Positions 31,444 through 46,090 of a DNA stretch of 64,000 nt are shown here, in pieces. The DNA comes from the human T2T-CHM13v2.0 reference genome, Homo sapiens. The notes beneath the pieces were generated by a model. That model was given only the letters and a program-made list of their open reading frames with translations. It was not told the DNA's origin and searched no databases. The stretch's first letter is position 1; every line of letters begins with the position of its first letter. A program made the position numbers and the translations under genes. Where the stretch lies: assembly GCF_009914755.1 (NCBI RefSeq), contig NC_060927.1; one strand, given 5' to 3'.

Positions 31444-34400
31444 ATGAAATATGAAAGTACATCAAATATAGATTATATACTGTACATAAAATATGAAAGT
31501 ACCCCAAATATATATTATATACTCTACATGAAATATCAAAGTTCACAAACTATATATTATGTACTGTACATAAAATATCAAAGTACCCAAGGTATATATT
31601 CTATACTGTACAAAAAATATCAAAGTATCCAAAGCATGTATTATATACTGTATATAAAATATGAAAGTACATCAAATATATATTTTATTCTGTACATAAA
31701 ATATCAAAGTACACCAGATATATATTCTATAGTGTACATAAAATATCAAAGTACCCAAACTATACATTATATACTGTACATAAAATATGAAATTACAGCA
31801 AATATATATTATATTAGGTACATAAAATATGAAAGTACATCCAATATAGATTATATACTCTACATTAAATACCAAAGTACCCCAAATATATATTTTATAC
31901 TGTACATGAAATATCAAAGTTCACAAACTATATATTATATACTGTACATAAAATATCAATGTACCCAAGGTATATATTCTATAATGCACAAAAAATATCA
32001 AAGTACCCAAAGCATGTATTATATACTGTATATAAAATATGAAAGTACATCAAATATATATTTTATTCTGTACATAAAATATCAAAGTACACCAGATATA
32101 TATTCTATAGTGTACATAAAATATCAAAGTACCCAAACTATACATTATATACTGTACATAAAATATGAAATTACATCAAATATATATTATATTAGGTACA
32201 TAAAATACGAAAGTACATCAAATATAGATTATATACTGTACATAAAATATGAAAGTACCCCAATATATATTATATACTCTACATGAAATATCAAAGTTCA
32301 CAAACTATATATTATGTACTGTACATAAAATATCAAACCACCCAAGGTATATATTCTATACTGTACAAAAAATATCAAAGTACCCAAAGCATGTATTATA
32401 TAATGTACATAAAATATGAAAGTACATCAAATATATATTTTATTCTGTACATAAAATATCAAAGAACACCAGATATATATTCTATAGTGTACATAAAATA
32501 TCAAAGTACCCAAACTATACATTATATACTGTACATAAAATATGAAATTACAGCAAATATATATTATATTAGGTACATAAAATATGAAAGTACATCAAAT
32601 ATAGATTATATACTGTACATTAAATACCAAAGTACCCCAAATATATATTTTATACTGTACATGAAATATCAAAGTTCACAAACTATATATTATATACTGT
32701 ACATAAAATATCAATGTACCCAAGGTATATATTCTATACTGCACAAAAAATATCAAAGTACCCAAAGCATGTATTATATACTGTATATAAAATATGAAAG
32801 TACATCAAATATATATTTTATTCTGTACATAAAATATCAAAGTACACCAGATATATATTCTATAGTGTACATAAAATAACAAAGTACACAAACTATAAAT
32901 TATATCCTGTACATAAAATATGAAATTACATCAAATATATATTAGGTACATAAAATATGAAAGTACATCAAATATAGATTATATACTGTACATTAAGTAC
33001 CAAAGTACACCAAATATATATTTTATTCTGTACATAAAATATCAAAGTACACCAGATATATATTCTATAGTGTACATAAAATATCAAAGTACCCAAACTA
33101 TACATTATATACTGTACATAAAATATGAAATTACATCAAATATATATTATATTAGGTAAATGAAATACGAAAGTACAACAAATATAGATTATATACTGTA
33201 CATAAAATATGAAAGTACCCCAAATATATATTATATACTCTACATGAAATATCAAAGTTCACAAACTATATATTATATACTGTACATAAAATATCAAAGT
33301 ACCCAAGGTATATATTCTATACTGTACAAAAAATATCAAAGTATCCAAAGCATGTATTATATACTGTATATAAAATATGAAAGTACATCAAATATATATT
33401 TTATTCTGTACATAAAATATCAAAGTACACCAGATATATATTCTATAGTGTACATAAAATATCAAAGTACCCAAACTATACATTATATACTGTACATAAA
33501 ATATGAAATTACAGCAAATATATATTATATTAGGTACATAAAATATGAAAGTACATCAAATATAGATTATATACTCTACATTAAATACCAAAGTACCCCA
33601 AATATATATTTTATACTGTACATGAAATATCAAAGTTCACAAACTATATATTATATACTGTACATAAAATATCAATGTACCCAAGGTATATATTCTATAC
33701 TGCACAAAAAATATCAAAGTACCGAAAGCATGTATTATATACTGTATATAAAATATGAAAGTACATCAAATATATATTTTATTCTGTACATAAAATATCA
33801 AAGTACACCAGATATATATTCTATAGTGTACATAAAATATCAAAGTACCCAAACTATACATTATATACTGTACATAAAATATGAAATTACATCAAATATA
33901 TATTATATTAGGTACATAAAATACGAAAGTATATCAAATATAGATTATATACTGTACATAAAATATGAAAGTACCCCAATATATATTATATACTCTACAT
34001 GAAATATCAAAGTTCACAAACTATATATTATGTACTGTACATAAAATATCAAACTACCCAAGGTATATATTCTATACTGTACAAAAAATATCAAAGTACC
34101 CAAAGCATGTATTATATAATGTACATAAAATATGAAAGTACATCAAATATATATTTTATTCTGTACATAAAATATCAAAGAACACCAGATATATATTCTA
34201 TAGTGTACATAAAATATCAAAGTACCCAAACTATACATTATATACTGTACATAAAATATGAAATTACATCATATATATATTAGGTACATAAAATATGAAA
34301 GTACATCAAATATATATTTTATTCTGTACATAAAATATCAAAGTACACCAGATATAAATTCTATAGTGTACATAAAATAACAAAGTACACAAACTATAAA

Positions 34401-35080
34401 ATATATACTGTACATAAAATATGAAATTACATCAAATATATATTAGGTACATAAAATATGAAAGTACATCAAATATAGATTATATACTGTACATATAATA
34501 TCAATGTACCCGAAATATATATTTTATACTCTACATGAAATATCAAAGTTCACAAACCATATATTGTATACTGCACATAAAATATCAAAATACACAAGGT
34601 ATATATTCTATACTGTACAAAAAATATCAAAGTACCCAAAGCAGGTATTATATACTGTATATAAAATATGAAAGTACATCAAATATATATTTTATTCTGT
34701 ACATAAAATATCAAAGTACACCAGATATATATTCTATAGTGTACATAAAATATCAAGGTACCCAAACTATATATTATATACTGTACATAAAATATGAAAT
34801 TACAGCAAATATATATTATATTAGGTACATAAAATATGAAAGTACATCAAATATAGATTATATACTGTACATTAAATACCAAAGTACCCCAAATATATAT
34901 TTTATACTGTTCATGAAATATCAAAGTTCACAAACTATATATTATATACTGTACATAAAATATCAATGTACCCAAGGTATATATTCTATACTGCACAAAA
35001 AATATCAAAGTACCCAAAGCATGTATTATATACTGTATATAAAATATGAAAGTACATCAAATATATATTTTATTCTGTAC
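31444..35080 (+). repeat. Third 1716-bp unit (31444-33159) followed by a partial 2425-type unit
   Basis: 31444->33160 and 32283->33999 are both 1716. 33999->34535 is 536, as in the 2425 unit (27433->27969). The pattern breaks near 35085. Confidence 0.85.
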
Positions 35081-38000
35081 ATAAAATGTCAAAGTACACC
35101 AGATATATATTCTATAGTGTACATAAAATATCAAAGTACCCAAACTATACATTATATACTGTACATAAAATATGAAAGTACATCAAATATATATTAAGTA
35201 CATAAAATATGAAAGTACATCAAATATAGATTATATAGTGTACATAAAATATCAATGTACACCAAATATATATTATATACTCTACATGAAATATCAAAGT
35301 TCACAAACTATATATTATATACTGTCCATAAAATATCAAAGTACCCAAGGTATATATTTTATACTGTACAAAAAATATCAAAGTACCCAAAGCATGTATT
35401 ATATACTATACCTAAAATATGAAAGTACATCAAATATATATTTTATTCTGTACATAAAATATCAAAGTACACCAGATATATATTCTACAGTGTATATAAA
35501 ATATCGAAGTACCCAAACTATACATTATATACTGTACATAAAATATGAAATTACATCAAATATATATTTTATTCTGTACATAAAATGTCAAAGTACACCA
35601 GATATATATTCTATAGTGTACATAAAATATCAAAGTACCCAAACTATACATTATATACTGTACATAAAATATGAAATTACATCAAATATATATTAAGTAC
35701 ATAAAATATGAAAGTACATCAAATATAGATTATATAGTGTACATAAAATATCAATGTACACCAAATATATATTATATACTCTACATGAAATATCAAAGTT
35801 CACAAACTCTATATTATATACTGTCCATAAAATATCAAAGTACCCAAGGTATATATTTTATACTGTACAAAAAATATCAAAGTACCCAAAGCATGTATTA
35901 TATACTATACCTAAAATATGAAAGTACATCAAATATATATTTTATTCTGTACAAAAAATATCAAAGTACACCACATATATATTCTACAGTGTATATAAAA
36001 TATCAAAGTACCCAAACTATACATTATATACTGTACATAAAATATGAAATTACATCAAATATATATTATATTAGGTACATAAAATATGAAAGTACATGAA
36101 GTATAGATTATATACTGTACATAAAATATCAAAGTACCCCAAATTTATATTATATACTATACATGAAATATCAATGTTCACAAACTATATATTATATACT
36201 GTACATAAAATATCAAAGTACCCAAGGTATATATTCTATAGTGTACAAAAAATATCAAAGTACCCAAAGCATGTATTATATACCGTACGTAAAATATAAA
36301 ATTACATCAAATATATATTTTATTCTGTACATAAAATATCAAAGTACACCAGATATATATACTATAGTGTACATAAAATATCAAAGTACCCAAACTATAC
36401 ATTATACACTGCACATAAAATATGAAATTACATCAAATATATATTAGGTACATAAAATATGAAAGTACATCAAATATAGATTATATACTGTAAATATAAT
36501 ATCAATGTACCCCAAATATATATTTTATACTCTACATGAAATATCAAAGTTCACAAACCATATATTATATACTGTAAATAAAATATCAAAGTACCCAAGG
36601 TATATATTCTATACTGTACAAAAAATATCAAAGTACCCAAAGCATGTATTATATACTGTACATAAAATATGAAAGTACATCAAATATATATTTTATTCTG
36701 TACATAAAATATCAAAGTACACCAGATATATATTCTATAGTGTACATAAAATAACAAAGTACACAAACTATAAATTATATCCTGTACATAAAATATGAAA
36801 TTACATCAAATATATATTAGGTACATAAAATATGAAAGTACATCAAATATAGATTATATACTGTACATTAAGTACCAAAGTACACCAAATATATATTTTA
36901 TTCTGTACATAAAATATCAAAGTACACCAGATATATATTCTATAGTGTACATAAAATATCAAAGTACCCAAACTATACATTATATACTGTACATAAAATA
37001 TGAAATTACAGCAAATATATATTATATTAGGTAAATGAAATATGAAAGTACATCAAATATAGATTATATACTGTACATAAAATATGAAAGTACCCCAAAT
37101 ATATATTATATACTCTACATGAAATATCAAAGTTCACAAACTATATATTATATACTGTACATAAAATATCAAAGTACCCAAAGTATATATTCTATACTGT
37201 GCAAAAAATATCAAAGTATCCAAAGCATGTATTATATACTGTATATAAAATATGAAAGTACATCAAATATATATTTTATTCTGTACATAAAATATCAAAG
37301 TACACCAGATATATATTCTATAGTGTACATAAAATATCAAAGTACCCAAACTATACATTATATACTGTACATAAAATATGAAATTACAGCAAATATATAT
37401 TATATTAGGTACATAAAATATGAAAGTACATCAAATATAGATTATATACTGTACATTAAATACCAAAGTACCCCAAATATATATTTTATACTGTACATGA
37501 AATATCAAAGTTCACAAACTATATATGATATACTGTACATAAAATATCAATGTACCCAAGGTATATATTCTATACTGCACAAAAAATATCAAAGTACCCA
37601 AAGCATGTATTATATACTGTATATAAAATATGAAAGTACATCAAATATATATTTTATTCTGTACATAAAATATCAAAGTACACCAGATATATATTCTATA
37701 GTGTACATAAAATATCAAAGTACCCAAACTATACATTATATACTGTACATAAAATATGAAATTACATCAAATATATATTAGGTACATAAAATATGAAAGT
37801 ACATCAAATATAGATTATATACTGTACATTAAGTACCAAAGTACACCAAATATATATTTTATTCTGTACATAAAATATCAAAGTACACCAGATATATATT
37901 CTATAGTGTACATAAAATATCAAAGTACCCAAACTATACATTATATACTGTACATAAAATATGAAATTACATCAAATATATATTATATTAGGTACATGAA

Positions 38001-39059
38001 ATATGAAAGTACATCAAATATAGATTATATACTGTACATAAAATATGAAAGTACCCCAAATATATATTATATACTCTACATGAAATATCAAAGTTCACAA
38101 ACTATATATTATATACTGTACATAAAATATCAAAGTACACCAGATATACATACTATAGTGTACATAAAATATCAAAGTACCCCAATATATATTATATACT
38201 GTACATGAAATATCAAAGTTCACAAACTATATATTATGTACTGTACATAAAATATCAAAGTACCCAAGGTATATATTCTATACTGTACAAAAAATATCAA
38301 AGTACCCAAAGCATGTATTATATAATGTACATAAAATATGAAAGTACATCAAATATATATTTTATTCTGCACATAAAATATCAAAGAACACCAGATATAT
38401 ATTCTATAGTGTACATAAAATATCAAAGTACTCAAACTATACATTATATACTGTACATAAAATATGAAATTACATCAAATATATATTAGGTACATAAAAT
38501 ATGAAAGTACATCAAATATATATTTTATTCTGTACATAAAATATCAAAGTACACCAGATATATATTCTATAGTGTACATAAAATAACAAAGTACACAAAC
38601 TATAAATTATATACTGTACATAAAATATGAAATTACATCAAATATATATTTTATTCTGTACATAAAATATCAAAGTACACCAGATATATATTCTATAGTG
38701 TACATAAAATATCAAAGTACCCAAACTATACATTATATACTGTACATAAAATGTGAAATTACATCAAATATATATTATATTAGGTACATAAAATATGAAA
38801 GTACATCAAATATAGATTATATACTGTACATTAAATACCAATATACCCCAAATATATATTTTATACTGTACATGAAATATCAAAGTTCACACACTATATA
38901 TTATATACTGTACATAAAATATCAAAGTACGCAAGGTATATATTCTATACTGTACAAAAAACATCAAAGTACCCAAAGCATGTATTATATACTGTACATA
39001 AAATATGAAAGTACATCAAATATATATTTTATTCTGTACATAAAATATCAAAGTACACC

Positions 39060-42000
39060 AGATATATATTCTATAGTGTACATAAAATATCAAAGTACCC
39101 AAACTATATATTATATACTGTACATAAAATATGAAATTACATCAAATATGTATTATATTAGGTACATAAAATATGAAAGTACATCAAATATAGATTATAT
39201 ACCGTACATAAAATATCAAAGTACCCCAAATATATATTATATACTATACATGAAATATCAAATATCACAAACTATATATTATATACTGTACATAAAATAT
39301 CAAAGTACCCAATGTATATATTCTATAGTGTACAAAAAATATCAAAGTACCCAAAGCATGTATTATATACTGTACATAAAATATAAAAGTACATCAAATA
39401 TATATTTTATTCTGTACATAAAATATGAAAGTACACCAGATATATATTCTATAGTGTACATAAAATATCAAAGTACCCAAACTATACATTATATACTGTA
39501 CATAAAATATGAAATTACATCAAATATATATTATATTAGGTACTTAAAATATGAAAGTACATCAAATATAGATTATATACTGTACATAAAATATCAAAGT
39601 ACCCCAAATATATATTATATACTGTACATGAAATATCAAAGTTCACAACTATATATTATATACTGTACATAAAATATCAAAGTCCCCAAGGTATATATTC
39701 TATACTGTACAAGAAATATCAAAGTACACAAAGCATGTATTATATACTGTACATAAAATATGAAATTACATCAAATATATATTATATTAGGTACATAAAA
39801 TATGAAAGTACATCAAATATAGATTATATACTGTACATAAAATATCAAAGTACCCCAAATATATATTATATACTGTACATGTAATATCAAAGTTCACAAC
39901 TATATATTACATACTGTACATAAAATATCAAAGTACCCAAGGTATATATTCTATACTGTACAAAAAATATCAAAGTACCCAAAGCATGTATTATATACTG
40001 TACATAAAATATGAAAGTACATCAAATATATATTTTATTCTGTACATAAAATATCAAAGTACACCAGATATATATTCTATAGTGTATATAAAATATCAAA
40101 GTACCCAAACTATACATTATATACTGTACATAAAATATGAAATTACATCAAATATATATTATATTGGGTACATAAAATATGAAAGTACATGAAGTATAGA
40201 TTATATACTGTACATAAAATATCAAAGTACCCCAAATTTATATTATATACTATACATGAAATATCAAAGTTCACAAACTATATATTATATACTGTACATA
40301 AAATATCAAAGTACCCAAGGTATATATTCTATAGTGTACAAAAAATATCAAAGTACCCAAAGCATGTATTATATACCGTACATAAAATATAAAATTACAT
40401 CAAATATATATTTTATTCTGTACATAAAATATCAAAATACACCAGATATACATACTATAGTGTACATAAAATATCAAAGTACCCCAATATATATTATATA
40501 CTGTACATGAAATATCAAAGTTCACAAACTATATATTATGTACTGTACATAAAATATCAAAGTACCCAAGGTATATATTCTATACTGTACAAAAAATATC
40601 AAAGTACCCAAAGCATGTATTATATAATGTACATAAAATATGAAAGTACATCAAATATATATTTTATTCTGTACATAAAATATCAAAGAACACCAGATAT
40701 ATATTCTATAGTGTACATAAAATATCAAAGTACTCAAACTATACATTATATACTGTACATAAAATATGAAATTACATCAAATATATATTAGGTACATAAA
40801 ATATGAAAGTACATCAAATATATATTTTATTCTGTACATAAAATATCAAAGTACACCAGATATATATTCTATAGTGTACATAAAATAACAAAGTACACAA
40901 ACTATAAATTATATAATGTACATAAAATATGAAATTACCTCAAATATATATTAGGTACATAAAATATGAAAGTACATCAAATATAGATTATATACTGTAC
41001 ATATAATATCAATGTACCCGAAATATATATTTTATACTCTACATGAAATATCAAAGTTCACAAACCATATATTGTATACTGCACATAAAATATCAAAATA
41101 CCCAAGGTATATATTCTATACTGTACAAAAAATATCAAAGTACCCAAAGCAGGTATTATATACTGTACATAAAATATGAAAGTACATCAAATATATATTT
41201 CATTCTGTACATAAAATATCAAAGTACACCAGATATATATTCTATAGCGTACATAAAATATCAAAGTACACAAACTATACATTATATACTGTACATAAAA
41301 TATGAAATTACATCAAATATATATTATATTAGGTACATAAAATATGAAAGTACATCAAATATAGATTATATACTGTACATTTAATACCAAAGTACCCCAA
41401 ATATATATTTTATACTGAACATGAAATTTCAAAGTTCACAAACTATATATTATATACTGTACATAAAATATCAAAGTACCCAAGGTATATATTCTATACT
41501 GTGCAAAAAATATCAAAGTACCCAAAGCATGTATTATATACTGTATATAAAATATGAAAGTACATCAAATATATATTTTATTCTGTACATAAAATGTCAA
41601 AGTACACCAGATATATATTCTATAGTGTACAAAAAATATCAAAGTACCCAAACTATACATTATATACTGTACATAAAATATGAAATTACATCAAATATAT
41701 ATTATATTAGGTACATAAAATACGAAAGTACATCAAATATAGATTATATACTGTACATAAAATATCAAAGTACCCCAATATATATTATATACTGTACATG
41801 AAATATCAAAGTTCACAAACTATATATTATGTACTGTACATAAAATATCAAAGTACCCAAGGTATATATTCTATACTGTACAAAAAATATCAAAGTACCC
41901 AAAGCATGTATTATATAATGTACATAAAATATGAAAGTACATCAAATATATATTTTATTCTGTACATAAAATATCAAAGAACACCAGATATATATTCTAT

Positions 42001-43480
42001 AGTGTACAAAAAATATCAAAGTACCCAAACTATACATTATATACTGTACATAAAATATGAAATTACATCAAATATATATTATATTAGGTACATAAAATAT
42101 GAAAGTACATCAAATATAGATTATATACTGTACATAAAATATCAAAGTACCCCAAATATATATTTTATACTCTACATGAAATATCAAACTTCACAAACCA
42201 TACATTACATACTTTCCATAAAATATCAAAGTACCCATGGCATATATTCTATACTGTACAAAAGATATCAAAGTACCCAAAGCATGTATTATATACTGTA
42301 CATAAAATATGAAAGTACATCAAATATATATTTTATTCTGTACATAAAATATCAAAGTACACCAGATATATATTGTATAGTGTACATAAAATATCAAAAT
42401 ACCCAAACTATATATTATATACTGTACATAAAATATGAAATTACATCAAATATGTATTATATTAGGTACATAAAATATGAAAGTACATCAAATATAGATT
42501 ATATACCGTACATAAAATATCAAAGTACCCCAAATATATATTATATACTATACATGAAATATCAAATATCACAAACTATATATTATATACTGTACATAAA
42601 ATATCAAAGTACCCAATGTATATATTCTATAGTGTACAAAAAATATCAAAGTACCCAAAGCATGTATTATATACTGTACATAAAATATAAAAGTACATCA
42701 AATATATATTTTATTCTGTACATAAAATATGAAAGTACACCAGATATATATTCTATAGTGTACATAAAATATCAAAGTACCCAAACTATACATTATATAC
42801 TGTACATAAAATATGTAATTACATCAAATATATATTATATTAGGTACTTAAAATATGAAAGTACATCAAATATAGATTATATACTGTACATAAAATATCA
42901 AAGTACCCCAAATATATATTATATACTGTACATGAAATATCAAAGTTCACAACTATATATTATATACTGTACATAAAATATCAAAGTCCCCAAGGTATAT
43001 ATTCTATACTGTACAAGAAATATCAAAGTACACAAAGCATGTATTATATACTGTACATAAAATATGAAATTACATCAAATATATATTATATTAGGTACAT
43101 AAAATATGAAAGTACATCAAATATAGATTATATACTATACATAAAATATCAAAGTACCCCAAATATATATTATATACTGTACATGTAATATCAAAGTTCA
43201 CAACTATATATTACATACTGTACATAAAATATCAAAGTACCCAAGGTATATATTCTATACTGTACAAAAAATATCAAAGTACCCAAAGCATGTATTATAT
43301 ACTGTACATAAAATATGAAAGTACATCAAATATATATTTTATTCTGTACATAAAATATCAAAGTACACCAGATATATATTCTATAGTGTATATAAAATAT
43401 CAAAGTACCCAAACTATACATTATATACTGTACATAAAATATGAAATTACATCAAATATATATTATATTAGGTACATAAA
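39060..43480 (+). repeat. About 1.3 copies of the 3304-bp super-unit
   Basis: ORF starts 39986->43290 and ORF ends 39672->42976 are both 3304 apart. The variant order matches 54-64 kb. Boundaries are approximate. Confidence 0.8.
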
Positions 43481-46090
43481 ATATGAAAGTACATCAAATA
43501 TAGATTATATACTGTACATTAAATACCAAAGTACCCCAAATATATATTTTATACTGAACATGAAATTTCAAAGTTCACAAACTATATATTATATACTGTA
43601 CATAAAATATCAAAGTACCCAAGGTATATATTCTATACTGTACAAAAAATATCAAAGTACCCAAAGCATGTATTATATACTGTACATAAAATATGAAATT
43701 ACATCAAATATATATTTTATTCTGTACATAAAATATCAAAGTACACCAGATATATATTCTATAGTGTACATAAAATATCAAAGTACCCAAACTATACATT
43801 ATATACTGTACATAAAATGTGAAATTACATCAAATATATATTATATTAGGTACATAAAATATGAAAGTACATCAAATATAGATTATATACTGTACATTAA
43901 ATACCAATATACCCCAAATATATATTTTATACTGTACATGAAATATCAAAGTTCACACACTATATATTATATACTGTACATAAAATATCAAAGTACGCAA
44001 GGTATATATTCTATACTGTACAAAAAACATCAAAGTACCCAAAGCATGTATTATATACTGTACATAAAATATGAAAGTACATCAAATATATATTTTATTC
44101 TGTACATAAAATATCAAAGTACACCAGATATATATTCTATAGTGTAGATAAAATATCAAAGTACCCAAACTATACATTATATACTGTACATAAAATATGA
44201 AATTACATCAAATATATATTATAGTAGGTACATAAAATAAGAAAGTACATCAAATATAGATTATATACTGTACATAAAATATCAAAGTACCCCAAATATA
44301 TATTATATACTCTACATGAAATATCAAAGTTCACAAACTATATATTATATACTGTACATAAAATATCAAAGTACCCAAGGTATATATTCTATACTGTACA
44401 AAAAATATCAAAGTATCCAAAGCATGTTTTATATACTGTATATAAAATATGAAAGTACATTAAAGATATATTTTATTCTGTACATAAAATATCAAAATAC
44501 ACCAGATATATATTCTATAGTGTACATAAAATAACAAAGTACACAAACTATAAATTATATACTGTACATAAAATATGAAATTACATCAAATATATATTAG
44601 GTACATAAAATATGAAAGTACATCAAATATAGATTATATACTGTACATATAATATCAATGTACCCCAAATATATATTTTATACTCTACATGAAATATCAA
44701 AGTTCACAAACCATACATTATATACTGTACATAAAATATCAAAGTACCCAAGTTATATATTCTATACTGTACAAAAGATATCAAAGTACCCAAAGCATGT
44801 ATTATATACTGTATATAAAATATGAAAGTACATCAAATATATATTGTATACTGTACATAAAATATCAAAGTACACCAGATATATATTTTATAGTGTACAT
44901 AAAATATCAAAGTACCCAAACTATACATTATATACTGTACATAAAATATGAAATTACAGCAAATATATATTATATTAGGTAAATGAAATATGAAAGTACA
45001 TCAAATATAGATTATATACTGTACATAAAATATGAAAGTACCCCAAATATATATTATATACTCTACATGAAATATCAAAGTTCACAAACTATATATTATA
45101 TACTGTACGTAAAATATCAAAGTACCCAAGGTATATATTCTATACTGTGCAAAAAATATCAAAGTATCCAAAGCATGTATTATATACTGTATATAAAATA
45201 TGAAAGTACATCAAATATATATTTTATTCTGTACATAAAATATCAAAGTACACCAGATATATATTCTATAGTGTACATAAAATATCAAAGTACCCAAACT
45301 ATACATTATATACTGTACATAAAATATGAAATTACAGCAAATATATATTATATTAGGTACATAAAATATGAAAGTACATCAAATATAGATTATATACTGT
45401 ACATTAAATACCAAAGTACCCCAAATATATATTTTATACTGTACATGAAATATCAAAGTTCACAAACTATATATGATATACTGTACATAAAATATCAATG
45501 TACCCAAGGTATATATTCTATACTGCACAAAAAATATCAAAGTACCCAAAGCATGTATTATATACTGTATATAAAATATGAAAGTACATCAAATATATAT
45601 TTTATTCTGTACATAAAATATCAAAGTACACCAGATATATATTCTATAGTGTACATAAAATATCAAAGTACCCAAACTATACATTATATACTGTACATAA
45701 AATATGAAATTACATCAAATATATATTAGGTACATAAAATATGAAAGTACATCAAATATAGATTATATACTGTACATTAAGTACCAAAGTACACCAAATA
45801 TATATTTTATTCTGTACATAAAATATCAAAGTACACCAGATATATATTCTATAGTGTACATAAAATATCAAAGTACCCAAACTATACATTATATACTGTA
45901 CATAAAATATGAAATTACATCAAATATATATTATATTAGGTAAATGAAATATGAAAGTACATCAAATATAGATTATATACTGTACAAAAAATATGAAAGT
46001 ACCCCAAATATATATTATATACTCTACATGAAATATCAAAGTTCACAAACTATATATTATATACTGTACATAAAATATCAAAGTACACCA

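Noticed and set aside
31672-31917. The only - strand ORF (81 aa)
   Set aside because: A chance product of local variants, including a 1-bp irregularity near 31841 (ACATCCAATATAG), removing a stop in the antisense satellite frame.
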